Of a stretch of 38,742 bases of DNA, positions 36,901 through 38,742 are shown in pieces (positions within the stretch are counted from its first letter, which is position 1; each line of letters opens with the position of its first letter). The position numbers and the translations under genes are program-made. Origin of the DNA: Eledone cirrhosa (Eukaryota); contig CAXHJY010001124.1 of assembly GCA_964016885.1 (NCBI GenBank), positions 1 through 38,742 on the forward strand. The letters are read 5' to 3'. A model generated the notes under the pieces. It worked only from the letters and a program-made list of their open reading frames with translations. It was not told the DNA's origin and ran no database searches.

Positions 36901-38742
36901 CTTTCTTAATGCAGATTTTTCAATTAAATTTTGCAGATACAGATCATGTTGAATTTTTTAAAACAATTTAAAAAAAAAAAAAAAAATTTCGTATTTCATA
37001 GTTGTAGAAATGACAATACGTTCAAGTTATAAGATGTATGATTATCAACATGAAATTGGAAAGCACGATGAAAACATTTCCAAGTTAACGTTTAAAATAC
37101 TGCAAATATGGATCGGAAGTATTCAATAAATCAAATGATTAACGAACAAAAGCCTACAATAAATAAAAATATCTATAAAAAAAAAAATTTAAACTCCAAC
37201 ATTCGCCGGGATACGTATTCTACACTTTGAAATACGTATCCTTTCGAAATTTCTATTAAAAATATGTCTTATAAAGAAAGTAGAGAACAATGTAGGTGGG
37301 GGGGGGGGGGAGACTAAACTGTAGTTATGCCACTAAAGACTACGCGTGAAACAATGATAAAAACAGCCAAACTTTCAAAAATATCCGATTGTTAGAGCAA
37401 TAATAATATATAAAATATTACTAGTCAGATTTGTAAATCTATTATATAATTCTGCTTAAGTTTGACAGTCGGACTTACAAATAACGAATATATACACATA
37501 CATTTAACAAATATAAATATATACACACACACGTGTGTGTGTGTGTCATCATTCCTTTAATTTACAGATATACAAGTGGTTTATTACTCTGGTAGATAAA
37601 AACATTAATGATAATTTTTTTTAAGAATCCAACGAAATCCCATTTCTAAATGGAAAACACGTGAATTCCAGGGGTCCCCCACCCCACGCCTTTTCTCTTT
37701 CTAAATAACTACAAATGTTTTGTTGTTTTTTGCTTTTTTCCTCAAGAACTGCAACACGTGTGGTTTCGAATTTAGTACAAATACTTCGTTATCGCCAGCA
37801 TTTTTTTGAAAACTACGATTTAAATCAACAAACATCACCCCAAACTAATTTAAAGTCTTAATGCGGAAAGAGGTTGTTACTAACATTAAATAAACGATCT
37901 AAAAATGTTTTTCTACCTGGGTTTATCTTATATAATTGTTTGGATTCAGTTTCTTAAGAAAAGCTTAAAGAAACAAGGTTCACTTCCATTCCCTTAAGGG
38001 AGTGAAAGAAAAGAAAAATATAGACAAAATACATTAAAAAAAAAAAAAAGAATAAACAAGCCCTCCGAAAAGTAACTTTAAGAAAATACAGAAAAGAATG
38101 TATGAAAAATGTGAATACAGCGTGTCACCGATGAAAGAAATTCGCACGCTGAGAAATATTGTTATGTAATAAAAGAAGATAAATACACCTCACCTGTTAT
38201 GTCTGTTTGGAGGCCATCGTAACATAAGAGTAATGCTGTTTACGAAAGAAAAGAAAAGAAAAATGTACTGCATCGTCGTCCGTATGTCAATAAAACTACC
38301 GTCTGTCAATCAGTCAGTCAGTCAGTGAGGAGACACCCACGTTGGACTTTCGTTAAGTGTTTGCTACTGTAAAATACTACGCCAGCAGCTATGTGTCGAC
38401 CAATGCCAGCCAGATTGTGTACTTTAACTGGTTTTATTTGGTATGAAGCTTCGTCATGGTTTAAATCTCGTGGGCTACCACAGTCCCCCCCACCGCCTGC
38501 GTCTTACTCAACTCTGACATCATAAAGTTATATTTATAACAGCGGTGGAATTCCCTCGCTGTCCGACGATATGGCGTCTGTCGTTTTCGTTTAAAATTTC
38601 GCCCTTAAAACAAATCCTGTGTAAATAGAGACAAATGCGTCATAACAAAAAATACGCAGATGAAAAGTAAATATAAACTATATTCTGTCTGGGTATTATC
38701 AACAATAGATCTTTGAAGAAAATGAAAATATCTCGTCCGATT

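Overview
AT-rich, repeat-dense, non-genic eukaryotic DNA. The SINE families and (TA)n/(CA)n/(GA)n load suggest a cephalopod (octopus-like) genome; this is an inference, not a database result. No intact host gene was found, and most of the ORF track is microsatellite or tandem-repeat artefact. The first ~11.2 kb is a (TA)n-rich block holding a frameshifted Penelope-like retroelement (PLE) fragment (RT C-terminal region/linker plus GIY-YIG endonuclease). It also holds many short non-coding elements bounded by (TA)n, and these carry about 11 complete or partial Type I hammerhead-ribozyme motifs in about 5-6 sequence families. The motifs have the short palindromic helix III typical of PLE minimal hammerheads, and several sit in direct-plus-inverted repeat arrangements. 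The rest of the window is dominated by tRNA-derived SINEs, two young minisatellites (91 bp x16 derived from a SINE, and 61 bp x18 related to an inverted-repeat element), a second non-autonomous Helitron (the first lies in the TA block), MITE-like fragments and a decayed pogo/Tigger transposase.
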